From NCBI RefSeq assembly GCF_016433145.1, contig NC_058130.1, forward strand, positions 592,724,195 to 592,788,194: DNA of 64,000 bases, written 5' to 3'. A model generated the notes under the pieces. That model had not been told where the DNA came from, ran no database searches, and saw only the letters and a list, made by a program, of their open reading frames with translations. The position numbers and the translations under genes were made by a program. Positions 25,763 to 37,620 of the stretch are shown in pieces (the first letter of the stretch is position 1; each line of letters opens with the position of its first letter). The stretch is from Gracilinanus agilis (lineage: Eukaryota).

Positions 25763-28700
25763 AGCTAAATCATGGTTAAATAAATGGAAGTTTAATTTAT
25801 ATTATATTCTTTTTTAAAATGCTTTCATATATAGCTCTGGAGCCCTTTCAGCTAGCAGTGTTCACACATTACTACTGTATCTGTCTATATCCATGCCAAA
25901 CATCACGATGAAGAGTGAAAAATTCAATCATCTGGATGTTTTCAAATATTCAGATGTTTGGCATCATGTAAAACAAACATTCTGATGCTTGCTTGAGTAG
26001 ATTTTTCACTTTTCTTCCAAATTAAAAAAAAAAAAAGGAGGAGGAAGGGACTCTAGGATCATGCTGACATATCCTAGACTTTATAATTAATGATAATGTA
26101 TGGCCTGCTGGATCTTCTTTCTAAAAAAGCTAAAGATGTGGATCTCTACCTCCAGCCTCCACTTAAAAAAAAGGAGGGTGTAAGGAAAGTGAAAAAAAAG
26201 AAAGAAAAAAAGACACAGCACATATTTCTCTGCACTGTATCTCCCCTACTAGACTATCCCAATCTAGAAGTAAGTGAGGAAGCATTCCTTTCACTATTAC
26301 CAGCCTTTTATTTGTACCAAAGTGACATCCCATAGATGTTATGTTGATAAATGCAATAGGAATGCATCTGTACACCGAGAGATAAGGGGGCGGTGAGGAT
26401 ATGAATTCTAAGTCATGGCAACACTCAGGTCATTCTTCTCTGAACCATTCTGAATGATTTAATAGCTTTAGCAGTTTTGGAAACCACTAACATCTCAGAA
26501 GTTATTTCTGTTTTGGAAAAATTCTTCATTTATCTTCTTGTTATATTTACAGTTTCTCCTTTAAAAGCTTACGATTTGTTATTGACATAATTATGAGAAG
26601 CATGGATAATAAGATTGGGCACTGATAAAATTCACATGCAATCCTAAGATCAAAAGAATTTGTGTGTTTGATTTTATTCATATTGTGAACTCTTTTCTGA
26701 TTGCTTAGGCAACTGCCTTCTTCTAAAACTGTAGTTTTCCAGGGATTGCTATCTAGCTTGAGCTGTCATATATCCATTGTCCCAGGGAAAGACCTCCTTC
26801 AGTTTCACAATTTAGAAAATCATGTAATGCCCTTGAAGCTAACAAAATGATGGGCACCAATTGATCATAGCTATTTTTTCCCCTTTGACTTCTTTGCTCA
26901 GTCCATGATAAAAACAGGATGCTCAGCTCTCAGGCATCAATGCTGGGATTGGCCCAGCATTATCCAAGCAGCCTTTTCCTTTTCCTCTGACTTTCCTCTT
27001 TGTGTTTTTTTTTTGAGGGATGTAGAGATGACATCATGTCATTGAAAATAGCTCTTTCCTACTGTAGATGATTTGAGATTTATTTGCTTTATTTTGAGCA
27101 AAAAAAAGTTTAAATTTTTCACTTATTATGAAATTTTAAAAAACCCAACAGGATATTTTTTATCCCCGGCAGGTTCCCTCTTCCTTTCCTGATGTTTCAA
27201 AACAAAAGAAACTACAATTTTATTTTAAAAGCTAGGAAGATAAAATTAATTTAAAAAAGGAAAATTGCAACATGATTTTCCTCAGGAGGGAAAAAAAGTC
27301 CAATGACATTTTACAGTCCTTGACTATGGATTTCATTATCAAAATAAAATCTGAAAAAATATTACATTTTTTATGGATCTGAGGAAAGGAAATGCTACAA
27401 ACATTGCACATTTGTACTTCTGTTGTTTGAGTTTTGCTTTAAGATGAAAGTTAATATAATGCAATGAGTCAGATTAATATCATTCTTTCACCCTCATAAT
27501 GCTTATCACTACAAAATCTCCAACTGGCTAGCAGATCCTCTGAGGCAGTGAGATCCCAAGTTTAGCTACCCTCCAAATGATTGCTCAGTCAATTGTAATC
27601 CTTACCATACAGTCAATGGAGGGTGGGGGACAGTGCTGAAGGATGGGGGTAAGTCATGTTTATGTTCAGGGGAAAAAATGCAGCCCTATAGGCTGGGGTG
27701 GGTGGAGATAGGACTCATTGAACTGAGAAGCATAATACGGATAAGAATATCAATGCATTATTTACCACCCATCTACCCCAGGACTCAATCTCAAATCCAG
27801 GCTTCTGGTTTTATAGAAAGTTATCACTTCACAACCTGGCCATCTTTGGTGACAGATTTTTTTTCTTTTTCTCCTTACTGGACCTTATGCAAATAGACCA
27901 TTCCCTTCTTTCCCCAACTATTTTTTTTTTTTTTTGCAGACAGCCATCCACATGCCAGGATCTAGAGTTGGGCTCACTTGGATTTAATTATGGCTCCTTT
28001 CACCAACTTGGCCTAGGGCTGGCTTTTCACTAGACATTCTGTGCCTTTGAACAACTAGCTTAACATTTCTGTGGTTGACTTTCATCATCCACAAATGTAG
28101 ATAATAGCATTGCCTTACCTCAAAATAGGGAAGTGATACATAACTAATATTTGCAGAGGTTTCATAGATGGATGCTTGAAAGTTATGATTTAGAACTTTT
28201 GAATAAAGACATTTAAAATATACATATGTGTATTACTGTATGTGGATGTAGTAGTATGCGTTTTTTTTTTTAATTTCACCTTTGAAACATGCTAGAGGCA
28301 GGGTTTATTTTCAATTTTTTAAAAATCCAATGTTTGTATAAGATAAACACAGAAAGTGTAAAGGCACCAGGCTAATCTGCACACCATTTTCAAAAATTCA
28401 TTTCTAAATAAATTCAATTTTTTGTGACCAGGTATTAAAAGTCTAGACTAAGATTAACTACATAATGTGGAACTCCGTAGGTCTATTTAGCCCAAAATAA
28501 CTTTATAAGCATTTGTAGTTTTTTTTTTTAATTTTTGGAAATAATAAATGTTTGAAGTATATACCTCAAGTAATATTTCCCTTTAACCAGTTAGATGATC
28601 AACTTGTCTGTGTAGCTTTCAGGTCCCTAGACTGAAACCTAATATCTTAAAAGGGGCAGCCAGGAGAATAGTTAGTTGTCCCAAACAAATTGCTATTAAG

Positions 28701-30089
28701 ACAATGACTACAGAGCGTAAAAATTTACAACCACAATGTTCTTCAGCTTGTCCGTATACTACACAGGGAAAACAGACAAAATGAACAATTCAAGTAAGGC
28801 AGCTGTTTCAGTCACCAATTGTACATTGCTACATGCATGTTTTACCCTGATACTCTCATCTTTAATCTCATCTGTCTTCATTTATTTGCTCACGTCTTTA
28901 ATTTTCCCCAATGCCTTCTTCATTTTGAGGAATTGTACTCTGATGAGAAATAGTATCTTTTGGGTTGAACACATTTCAAGATCTTGCCCTTAAAAAAAAA
29001 AACTAAAAATAGCTACAAAATAAGATCCAGTCTCAGAAAGAAAGTGTCTCAATATAATATACATTGATTTAATTTTTTTTTTGCCTTGTGTTGTGGTCCA
29101 GTTACCTTGAGTCCACTCTACAAATAAGTGTTAGAGCTGGTATTCATTCATAAAAACCTTATCACTAGAAAGGATAACAAAGATCATATTCCCCATTGAC
29201 TTCATTTTAGAGAGAAATGAAAAGATGTCCAAAGAAGTTGTGACAAAGCTCAGAATTAATTTGTATCAGGCCCTCAAATAGAAATCAAGTTTCTTGAGTT
29301 GTTGTTTAAAGGTCTTTTCTTTGCCAAATACTGCACCTCTTGTATAGTCAATCTTTTCCATACCTGATGCTCCATCAACATAATAGCTTGTCAATGACGA
29401 AAATTCAAATGTATTAATATAGTCATGTTGACTAGCATTATGGCATATTCCATCTACTGTCATTTGAAGTAAGGATTGGTCTCTGTCCATTAAATATCTT
29501 TTAAATTTGAAAGGACTGTGTTATGGCAATTTTGGTTGTATAGAGTAGACAGAAAGTTTGTTGTGCCTTTCATAGTAAACTTTAATTAAAAGCAGACTCT
29601 GGGAGGCAGAGGAAAGGGAAGACAACATTATCTAGAGACTGAGGTCTTTGTTGTTGTTGTTGTTTTTTAGTGTCTCCTTTATTAATCCTCTCCTGATGGC
29701 TGAGTGACAGTTGACAGCTATCAGTCACATCAAACTTACTCATGGCATATGTGGACTAATTTGACTCACTTGATTAGTTAAATGTTTTGACAGGAAATTT
29801 CCTCTTGCTATGGCCATACAGACTAGTTGGGAATAAATGTTTTGATACTTTGATACCTTGATAGATGTTTGAGTTCATCTTTATGGGCAGTATTTCCATT
29901 AATGGAGATTGTACTCTCTATATCTGCTTATGCTTCGTAATTATTTCCTATATCTTTGCAGAAATCCTCCTGAAAGGATTTACCCAACATGTTAGGGACC
30001 TTTTTTCAATGAAACTCAAGGACAAACCTACCAATTCTGTGGTCTCTGAGTATTGTAGAAAAGATAATAAATAATGGAGACACCAGGGA

Positions 30090-30943
30090 TGTTAAAATAT
30101 AATCTAATAGTTGTGGGTACACACACTGGGGTGTAGGAGAGACTGGACCAGGATAAGGATTTTCCTGGATTTATCACAGGGATGGCAGTTGGTCTTAACT
30201 TTCAACCTGCTCTCCCTAGGCCAGAGTCTAGAAACAAGCAGGCAAGGTAAAAGGCTTTAACAGCTTTAATTATGTTTAACTAAAAGGTGGGCAAGGGATT
30301 TCTATCCTTAAAATCTAAAGGGCAAAACCACAGGGCAAGGGGAGGACTTATTCTACTCTAATCTAAATGATCCAGCAGGCAGGGCCCAAGGAGCAGTGCA
30401 GTCTCTGGGAAGCTGATTCAAGCCTCGAACCAGCCAGTCTTGAACAGCACAGCTATGGATCAGAGGGGTGGCTTTGAGGGTTCTCACAGGTTTCCAAAGA
30501 GGTTCACAGGATACCAAAATCCTAGGTGGTCCAAGATATCCAAGAAGAAAGAGTGTGCTTGAGATGCTGTCCACCAGATCCCAAACTTCTCCTCTTCTTG
30601 GTGCTTCTCTGTTGTTCTTATCCTCTTTGTTAGAATCCACCACCACACAGGATCCCAGGGAAATCAGGATGTAGGGTGTCCTTTGCTCTGAGATTTCTCA
30701 GGGCTAACAACAGTTTTTGTCAACCCTTAATGGAGTCTCTCTCTCTCAGGGCATAAGCACTTTCTTCCTGCTCCTTTATTCCATCTTAGAATTCTGCATC
30801 TCCAGCTCCTTCCTGCTAGGTACATCCTTAATACTTAATTAACTAACTAATCTTCCTCACAACAGTATCAGTATATAAGCAACTCATGTTATTCTCTGGT
30901 TATGTATATCCTTAGTAGAACCTTTTATAACTTTTCATAAACA
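30090..30943 (-). mobile_element. Probable solo LTR (about 850 bp)
   Basis: Abrupt GC-richer block starting TG (tgttaaaat) and ending CA (ttcataaaca), with LTR-like composition. No clean TSD found. Confidence 0.5.
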
Positions 30944-31264
30944 CATCATGTTGATCACATTGCAATTTTTATAGCTCCTCATCTCTTTCCATTGCCTAAT
31001 GAATTTTTAATTTTGTTCATTCAAAGAACATGGTATTAAATGATATACAAGTAGGCAGTATCACAATGAGAAAATTCATGTTAAAGAAATGTTTTATTTT
31101 TGGCAATAAGATGTTTAGGCTCAATGAAAGAACATCAAACATTCCAATATTCAATAGAGCATAACACAGTTCCCTTTTCTATATTCAATTCATTGTTTGT
31201 TCTAGATCCAACACAGACACACACAGAATCACACATGCAACCAAACACGTTTATAGATACATAG

Positions 31265-31492
31265 GAAATGGATAGTGCTCTCATTAGTATAGGAAATTCC
31301 AGGGAGGAGACTCCCTCTTCCCAATGTCAATAGCAACTTTCTCTTTATCTTTTAATGTTTTCAAGTTGATTAGAACAATGAGATGTTAAGTGACTTGCCC
31401 AGGGTCACTCAGCCAGTAGGTGTAAGAGGCAAGTCTTGAACTCAGGTGTTCCTTGATTAATGTCTAGTTCTCTTCCCACTGTGCCACACTGC
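31265..31492 (-). mobile_element. MdoRep1-type CORE-SINE
   Basis: taggaaattccagggaggagactccctcttcccaatg...gttaagtgacttgcccagggtcactcagccagtaggtgtaagaggc. Confidence 0.75.
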
Positions 31493-31879
31493 ACAAAACT
31501 GCACATTCATATATACACCTAGATGATTCATATAGATGAATACATTTATTTGGTTGCTCATTATCATATCTATCCTCTTCTCCCAATTCAGATTATGAAA
31601 ACACTAGTTCAAACCCTTATCACCTCTTCCATGAGCTATGAAAAAATAGTCTGCTGTTTTGGACAATATTTGTTTATCTTAGGCCCTAAGGGACTGATCA
31701 GGTGGCAAGGTATTAATGACTAAAGATTATGGTAGCTCTTAGTCATCAAAATTAGGAACAGAGACTGGCTAAATGTACTGACATACTTTCTCTCACCCTC
31801 CACCTTCGTCCACACATTTTTGAGATTCCTTAAATAAAGTTGTATTAAGAAGCAGGCAGCTCTTCTTGATCTGGGTGTT

Positions 31880-32130
31880 ACTGATGAAGGAGCCTAGTAG
31901 TGTATAAAGAGCTAAACCTGAAGTAAAGAAAGCCTGAATTCAAATCCTGCCTAATTCTATTATTGACTGTGTGATCACAGGCAAGACACTTAAACATTCT
32001 GGATGTTTCAGCTTCTTCACTTATGAAATGATGATAAGAATAGAACTTATGATCCAAGACTGTTATGAGGACAAAATCTGATATTTGTAAAGCTTTTTGT
32101 CATCCTTAAAAGCACATCAAAAATCAAAGC
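31880..32130 (+). mobile_element. MIR (CORE-SINE)
   Basis: gaattcaaatcctgcc...tgtgtgatcacaggcaagacacttaa...ttatgaaatg. Confidence 0.8.
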
Positions 32131-32979
32131 TATTAATAAGATTCTTTCTTCATTTTAGGCAATATGTTTTTCATCTACTTTGATATTTCGGTGTGAATAA
32201 TTAGACTAATTTTTTTTCACATTATTGTGATTTAATTGAGGAAGCTTTTTACAGTTCAATGTGATTAGTATGACATCTTATGTCAACAGAAATTTAGACA
32301 TTCTTATCATGAATAAATGACTAAATAGAAATGCACATTAAATACTAATTATGTACACATCATTGTCCTTCAAATATCAATAAATAATCCTTAATATTTT
32401 TTCATATTCTTCTGTGGATTCATTTACTAGTATGCTAGCAAACACTTTAGATGACATGTCTTCTTGTTTTTTTATATAACTTGATATTGATACTAAACAA
32501 AGAAGTAAACCAAATTATCTCTTTGGTAGTGACTTTCATAAACTCATAAAATTCATGGCACACCCTCTGTGTTAGGAGGGCATTCGAGGCTGTCATTCAT
32601 TCTAGATACAGGTTATTTTACACCATTGATTCCATTGTCATCTATTCTTGAAATTACTGGGCCCTATGGTATTTCATGTCTATAATCCCAAAAGAATCAT
32701 TTGCTCCTACATGTTTTTTTCCTGTCTTATGAAGCAGCAGTTCAAAATATTTCATATTCCTCTTATTGTTTTTTTAAAAGAACTTAAATTCTAAACTGAT
32801 ATTAGCCTTGGTCTCCATGTTCTTTCATGTGGCAGGATACAGAAATTTTGCTGGTGAGGTGCTGGGAATGTTTTGTTTTGTGATTTTAACATCCTTTTTG
32901 CTATAAGTCTTTTGCATCAATTAAATTTTTCTAAGAAATAGTTATGGTCAGAATCAGTACCCTTTTGTAATTGAGATAG

Positions 32980-33230
32980 GCAACATGGCATAATAGATAA
33001 AACTTTTGACTTGAAATCAGGAAGATCTAGCTCAAATCCCACCTCAGATATTTATTAGTTGTATAATCCTGGGCAAGTCACTTAAATTTACTGTGCTTCA
33101 ATTTATCACTTTATAAAATAGAGATGATCATAATGTGTTAGAACATCTACGCACAGATAGTGCTGTATGAATCAAATGTATATAAAGTGATTCAAAAACT
33201 TAAAAAATTGTTTATAAATGTCAGTTATTA
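32980..33230 (+). mobile_element. MIR (CORE-SINE)
   Basis: tcaggaagatctagctcaaatcccacctcag...cctgggcaagtcacttaa. Confidence 0.85.
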
Positions 33231-33288
33231 TTACTTTTGTCCATGCCTTGTATTTTGCAGTTCTAAAATATATTTAACTATATATTAA

Positions 33289-33535
33289 GGAGAAATTAGG
33301 TGGCATAGTAGATAGAATGCCCAGCCTGGAATCAAGAAAACTCATCTTTCTGAGTTCAATTCCAGCCTCAGTCATTTAACTAGTTGTGTGACCCTAGGCA
33401 AATCACTTAACCCTGTTTGCTTAACTTTCCTTATTTGCAAAATGAGCTGGAGAAGGAAATAGCAAACCATTCTAGTATCTTTTCCAAGTGGCATCATGGA
33501 GAATTAGACATGACTGAAAAACAATTGAACAAGAA
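33289..33535 (+). mobile_element. MAR1 SINE (CORE plus RTE/BovB-like tail)
   Basis: tRNA-like head and CORE, then gagctggagaaggaaatagcaaaccattctagtatc...gacatgactgaaaaacaattgaacaagaa, the RTE tail. Confidence 0.85.
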
Positions 33536-33849
33536 TATATTTAAAGTGGTCAGGTTAGAATCAACCTGGTGTTTTTATCTTTATCATTTGTTCTTGTTTA
33601 TTTTTGTTTTCATGCTGGCCATTTGATGATCTTAATCTAGGTAAAATCTGAAATGATTGCTGACAGTTAATTGGTATTTTCTATAAACAATTTAATTTTT
33701 TCTTGATGGTATATGATTTTATTAAATGTTGTTGTCATACACCCTCTGATCCCCTTCTTGGAGTAGTTTACGACTTAGGAATAAAGCTTTTTAAATGCTT
33801 TATAAGCTTTTGTATTGCTCTCCTCTCTTTCATTTATTCATCCATTTCC

Positions 33850-34050
33850 ATGGATCCTTGAACCATTATTTCCAACTTTTTTCCCCTCTGATTTAGGTCA
33901 TCAAGGATCAAGGTCTGTGTTAACTTCATTTAGGGGTTTTGTCAAGTTGTTCACAGAATTACTCTGCTTCTTCATCCTTGGCAATGGCAGGTAATCCATG
34001 AGGTACAATTACCTTCATGGCAGTCTATTTCTTTAAACTCAGTGTGACTT
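33850..34050 (-). mobile_element. RTE LINE endonuclease fragment
   Basis: The minus strand atgaaggtaattgtacc...gccaaggatgaagaagcagagtaattctgtgaacaacttgacaaaacc...ttgatccttgatgacctaaat resembles RTE EN (YAPT..EDEE.E.FYEEL...LILGDFN). Confidence 0.6.
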
Positions 34051-34403
34051 CAAGGCTAGGTAATAAAATTTCGTAAAATTAATGATCTTTCTTTCATCCT
34101 TTCTTCCTCTCTTTCTCGTGGTGTATTTGAAACTTTTCCAAGGAGAACCTATGATTTAGTTTTCCAATTGAAACGCAATTTTACATTTTCTTTATGTCAT
34201 TCTTTATGTCATTATGAATTTCTACAAAAAATCTCACAGTCAACAGCTGATAACAGCTTCTGTTTGCATTAAAGTGTTGGCAGGCATCTGCTAATTATGA
34301 TCAAACTCAGTTGAGCAAGCCAAGTAGAATCATATTTAGAAAAAAAAGAAGGCAAAGACCCAGAAAAGGACGTTAACTCCCTCTCCCAATAAAGACTCCA
34401 GTT

Positions 34404-34580
34404 CAGGAGTTGTTAACCTATGGCCTATAAGCTTGTTTTTTAAAAAAATAATAATTGTATGACCAAATTCCACTATATTTAGTTTCTGTTGCAACCCTAT
34501 GTATTTTATTTCATGGATTTAATAAAATTATTTTTGAGAAATGGCCCTTAGGGGTCACTATATTGCCAAAGGTGTGTGAG
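34404..34580 (+). mobile_element. hAT-Charlie4-like MITE, right end lost in a (GA)/(GACA) repeat
   Basis: Starts caggagttgttaacctatggcc (similar to CAGGGGTTCTTAACCTGGGGTCC), with internal tattttgagaaatggccc...gccaaagg. Confidence 0.6.
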
Positions 34581-35719
34581 AGAGCAAGACAGAGACAGAG
34601 ATAGAGACAGAGACAGAGACTGATAGAAACATAGGAGAGAGAAGACTCTAAAGATGTTAAAGTAGAAAGTATAGTCTGATCAGTAAGGAAAGGAGAGAAT
34701 ATCAGGGACTGGGCAAAAAGAAGAACATAATGGAAGATGAATTTATACATAAGAACTTGAAGATAGTTGGTTAAAGTAGCTTCTGTTACATTATCATTGT
34801 GATGAGATTCTAATAACAGTAAAAATATAGTTGAACAAACTAAGTTGCCTCAGAGCCAGAGAAAGCACATGAGGGGAACGAAGCAAAACAACTGTAAGAA
34901 AGCCAATTCTTCTAGAGAGGAGAGATAATTCATCTAGTTCTGATGATCTTATCACCTGAAATTTTTAGAGGTGGGGTCTAATTCCTTATTCCTATTATTT
35001 TCTATCTTTCATAGTTGGATGACAGTTATCTTTGGATAGAGGAGAGAAAAAGATTTCTACTTTCTCTTCAGCATAGGATCATCTTTCTATCTAGCCTGCT
35101 CAGCGGCCTTATACCTTCTTTGATATTTCTTTTATACACCACTAAAATTATTTAAATTCCATTTTCTGGTGTCCTTAGTGTAGCAGATGGCATCAGTGAC
35201 TTGAATAGCTCAAAAAACTCCTTCTTTTCTTTACCAGAACCTGGGAAGCTAGGAGGCTTGTAAGAGTCTCACTGCTGATTGTGGCCAAGATGTTGAGACT
35301 TCAGATAGAGAACTGAGGTAGGAGCTAGATGAAATACAGACCAAGAGAAAATCAGAGTATCCAGAGAGGCAACAGCAGTGGCTGCAATGGCAGTGAAGAG
35401 GGAGTAACACTTATTCCAGAGGGGAGCAAAAAATGGCCATGTATACCCTTATAGTGGGATGCTAAAGCATGTCCACTATGTTCTAGACTACAAGTGTGGG
35501 GCATGAGTTTGTGGATATCACATTGAATTGTGGAAAAAGAGGTACTCACCAAACCAGAGCTATTTTATTGCCTGTTGTGTCCTTACTCTCTCTAATAATC
35601 CATTTCATGGTTTAATTCTTCATTAGCCTCAGTATCTACAGGGAAACAGGACTCAAGATGATGTTCTCAGTGTCTATCCCCTACATGGTGGCTGAAATAT
35701 AAGTATCCCATAGAACAAA

Positions 35720-35870
35720 CTGCAGAACATATGTTTTACAGAATATAATTTGAAAATATTTAACAAAATATAATAAAACATAGATAATGTTAGCATGTGG
35801 TTTTCTAAGTCAGTAGGCCACAAGAATGCTTATTTATTTATTCCATAGTACCCCATTTTTGTTAGAATTT
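35720..35870 (-). mobile_element. Partial hAT MITE (family of 25595 and 36567)
   Basis: catagataatgttagcatgtggttttctaagtc is the reverse complement of the internal block of the other two copies. Confidence 0.6.
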
Positions 35871-36566
35871 ATCTACCCCAAGCATAGAAAAACTTGCCCT
35901 GCAGAATAAGCAGATGAGACCAATTTGTTTTATTATAAATAATAATTAATCTTAAAGTTTTTGTACTAGATTTATAATTATTTATTAGTAAAGAGAAAGA
36001 AAAAAAGAAGAAGGCATTACCAGCCTAACCACTCAAAGTCTTTGTCCATACATTCCTGATTCATAGGGTTCTAGATTCCCAACAAGTCCTGATCCATTTC
36101 ATAATCAGTGGGGAGGGGGCCCAGCTAACCACATAGTCAGGCCAGACAAATTAAGGCCAGCCAAGGACCAGGCTTGAGTTCAAGAAGGGACCAGAGCCAA
36201 AGAAAAGAGCTGGAGCTCCCAGATTCCCAGTCCAGCATGGTCTGACAGACAGTGGTGCACCACTTGCCAGAGATGGCTTACATAGGTGAGCACTGGGACT
36301 GCTCCCTTCCCCTAAGATTTTCTAATTGGCCAGGGTTTCATTTCTGTCCCTAGACATTGCATCCCTTGACTTCTGTCTCAATGGACCATATGAGCATATG
36401 CCATTGCCCTTCATAGAAGCAAAGTTAATGCTGATTTTATAATCAGTCCTTGAGAAAGAGACTGAAAGTTGAGAGGAGGAAAGCTCATATCAACAGGTCA
36501 GTACTCGGTAGTCTTACTTGACAATCAAGTTCAGGTCTTTGTACCAGTCCAATTAGTAACTTAGAG

Positions 36567-36770
36567 CAGTGATGTCAAATTCAAATAGAAACTAGGGCCA
36601 CTAATTCATAAATATCCAATATAAAATATTATATTGACTTAGATTTCAAATGAAATATTATCTATGTTTTATTGTATTTAATTTATTTCATCAAATTTTT
36701 TACCAATTACAATTTAATCTGTTTCTAGCAGTATTGGGAGAGCTTATGAATTGTATTTTTGACACCCCTG
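36567..36770 (+). mobile_element. hAT-Charlie non-autonomous MITE (204 bp)
   Basis: TIRs cagtgatgtcaaa / tttgacacccctg. TSD not recognisable. Confidence 0.8.
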
Positions 36771-36989
36771 TCAGAAGGCCATGTAAACATCTTATATTCA
36801 TCCAAAATTGTCACATTTCTATATATATGCCACCTTCTATATATGACTTTTGAAATCATAGAGTGGGTTGTGAGTTCTATGTATACTAGTAATTATCCCT
36901 TTAGGCAGTTCCCTCTTTCTGATAAGAATCCAAAATGTCCTTCTTGGCAGCATACTATCCTCCTTAGTCTAGCTTTTATTGTAGAATTT

Positions 36990-37620
36990 TAGGCCACTGT
37001 GTCTAAACAATCAAACCTTCTCTGGAATTTTTAAAATTTTCTTTCCCTGAAAACTAAGAGTATATTAGACCGTACCTTGCTTTTCTCTCTTTATAAGTCA
37101 GAACTATAAACTGGAGCCTTCACTTCCAAGGTTTTCATCAATTTTATTCCTTTGTCTGGACCTTTTTTTGTTCTCCAAATTAGAATCAAGTTCACAATAA
37201 TATTTGTCTTTATTATTTCTTCCATCTTTTTAAAGAATTAAATTATCATGAACCTAACTCAGTAATTTATCAGCTGCTCTGATTTTTGGCACAGAAAACA
37301 GCTGCAAATATCTAGATAGCTAAAAAACTTTAAAACTACTATAGCATGCTTCTAGGTCAGTTTTGTGAAATCTTTTCTGAACTCATCATTTATATTATCC
37401 TTTTGACGATGTGGCCTAAAATCAATAGCATTTCTTTTGAATCCCTCCATAGATCTTCACATAAATACTTTCCACAGTACTTCACCTCTTCTAGTTAGTG
37501 GCCTTCCCGACATAATTCTTAGTGTTACTGCTATCTAATGCTATTCTGTTGACTTTTGAAATTGAATCCGTTCTTTGAACTTGTACTTCATCATCTCCTT
37601 GCTAAGTTTCCTGTTCTATC
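36990..37620 (-). mobile_element. CR1/L3 LINE ORF2 endonuclease relic
   Basis: Minus-strand frames give VESIYVKIYG and RPHRQKDNINDEFRKDFTKL..AIVVLKFFSYLDIC, then DN..L.KMEE..R.NIIVNLILI. These match CR1 EN VESIWVKI / RPP.Q....D..F.KQ.TKL...VVMGDFNYPDICW / DNF..Q.VEEPTR...LDLIL. Confidence 0.7.

Noticed and set aside
29266-29490. 74-aa ORF containing YYVDGAS, resembling the first RNase H acidic motif, with a donor cag|gtatgg
   Set aside because: It is a single short motif with no later RNase H residues recognisable, no flanking pol sequence and no convincing acceptor.
37300-37560. Tigger/pogo transposase-like reading (SME..NA...KD.T...AIVV)
   Set aside because: The same bases give a much longer, ordered match to the CR1 endonuclease.
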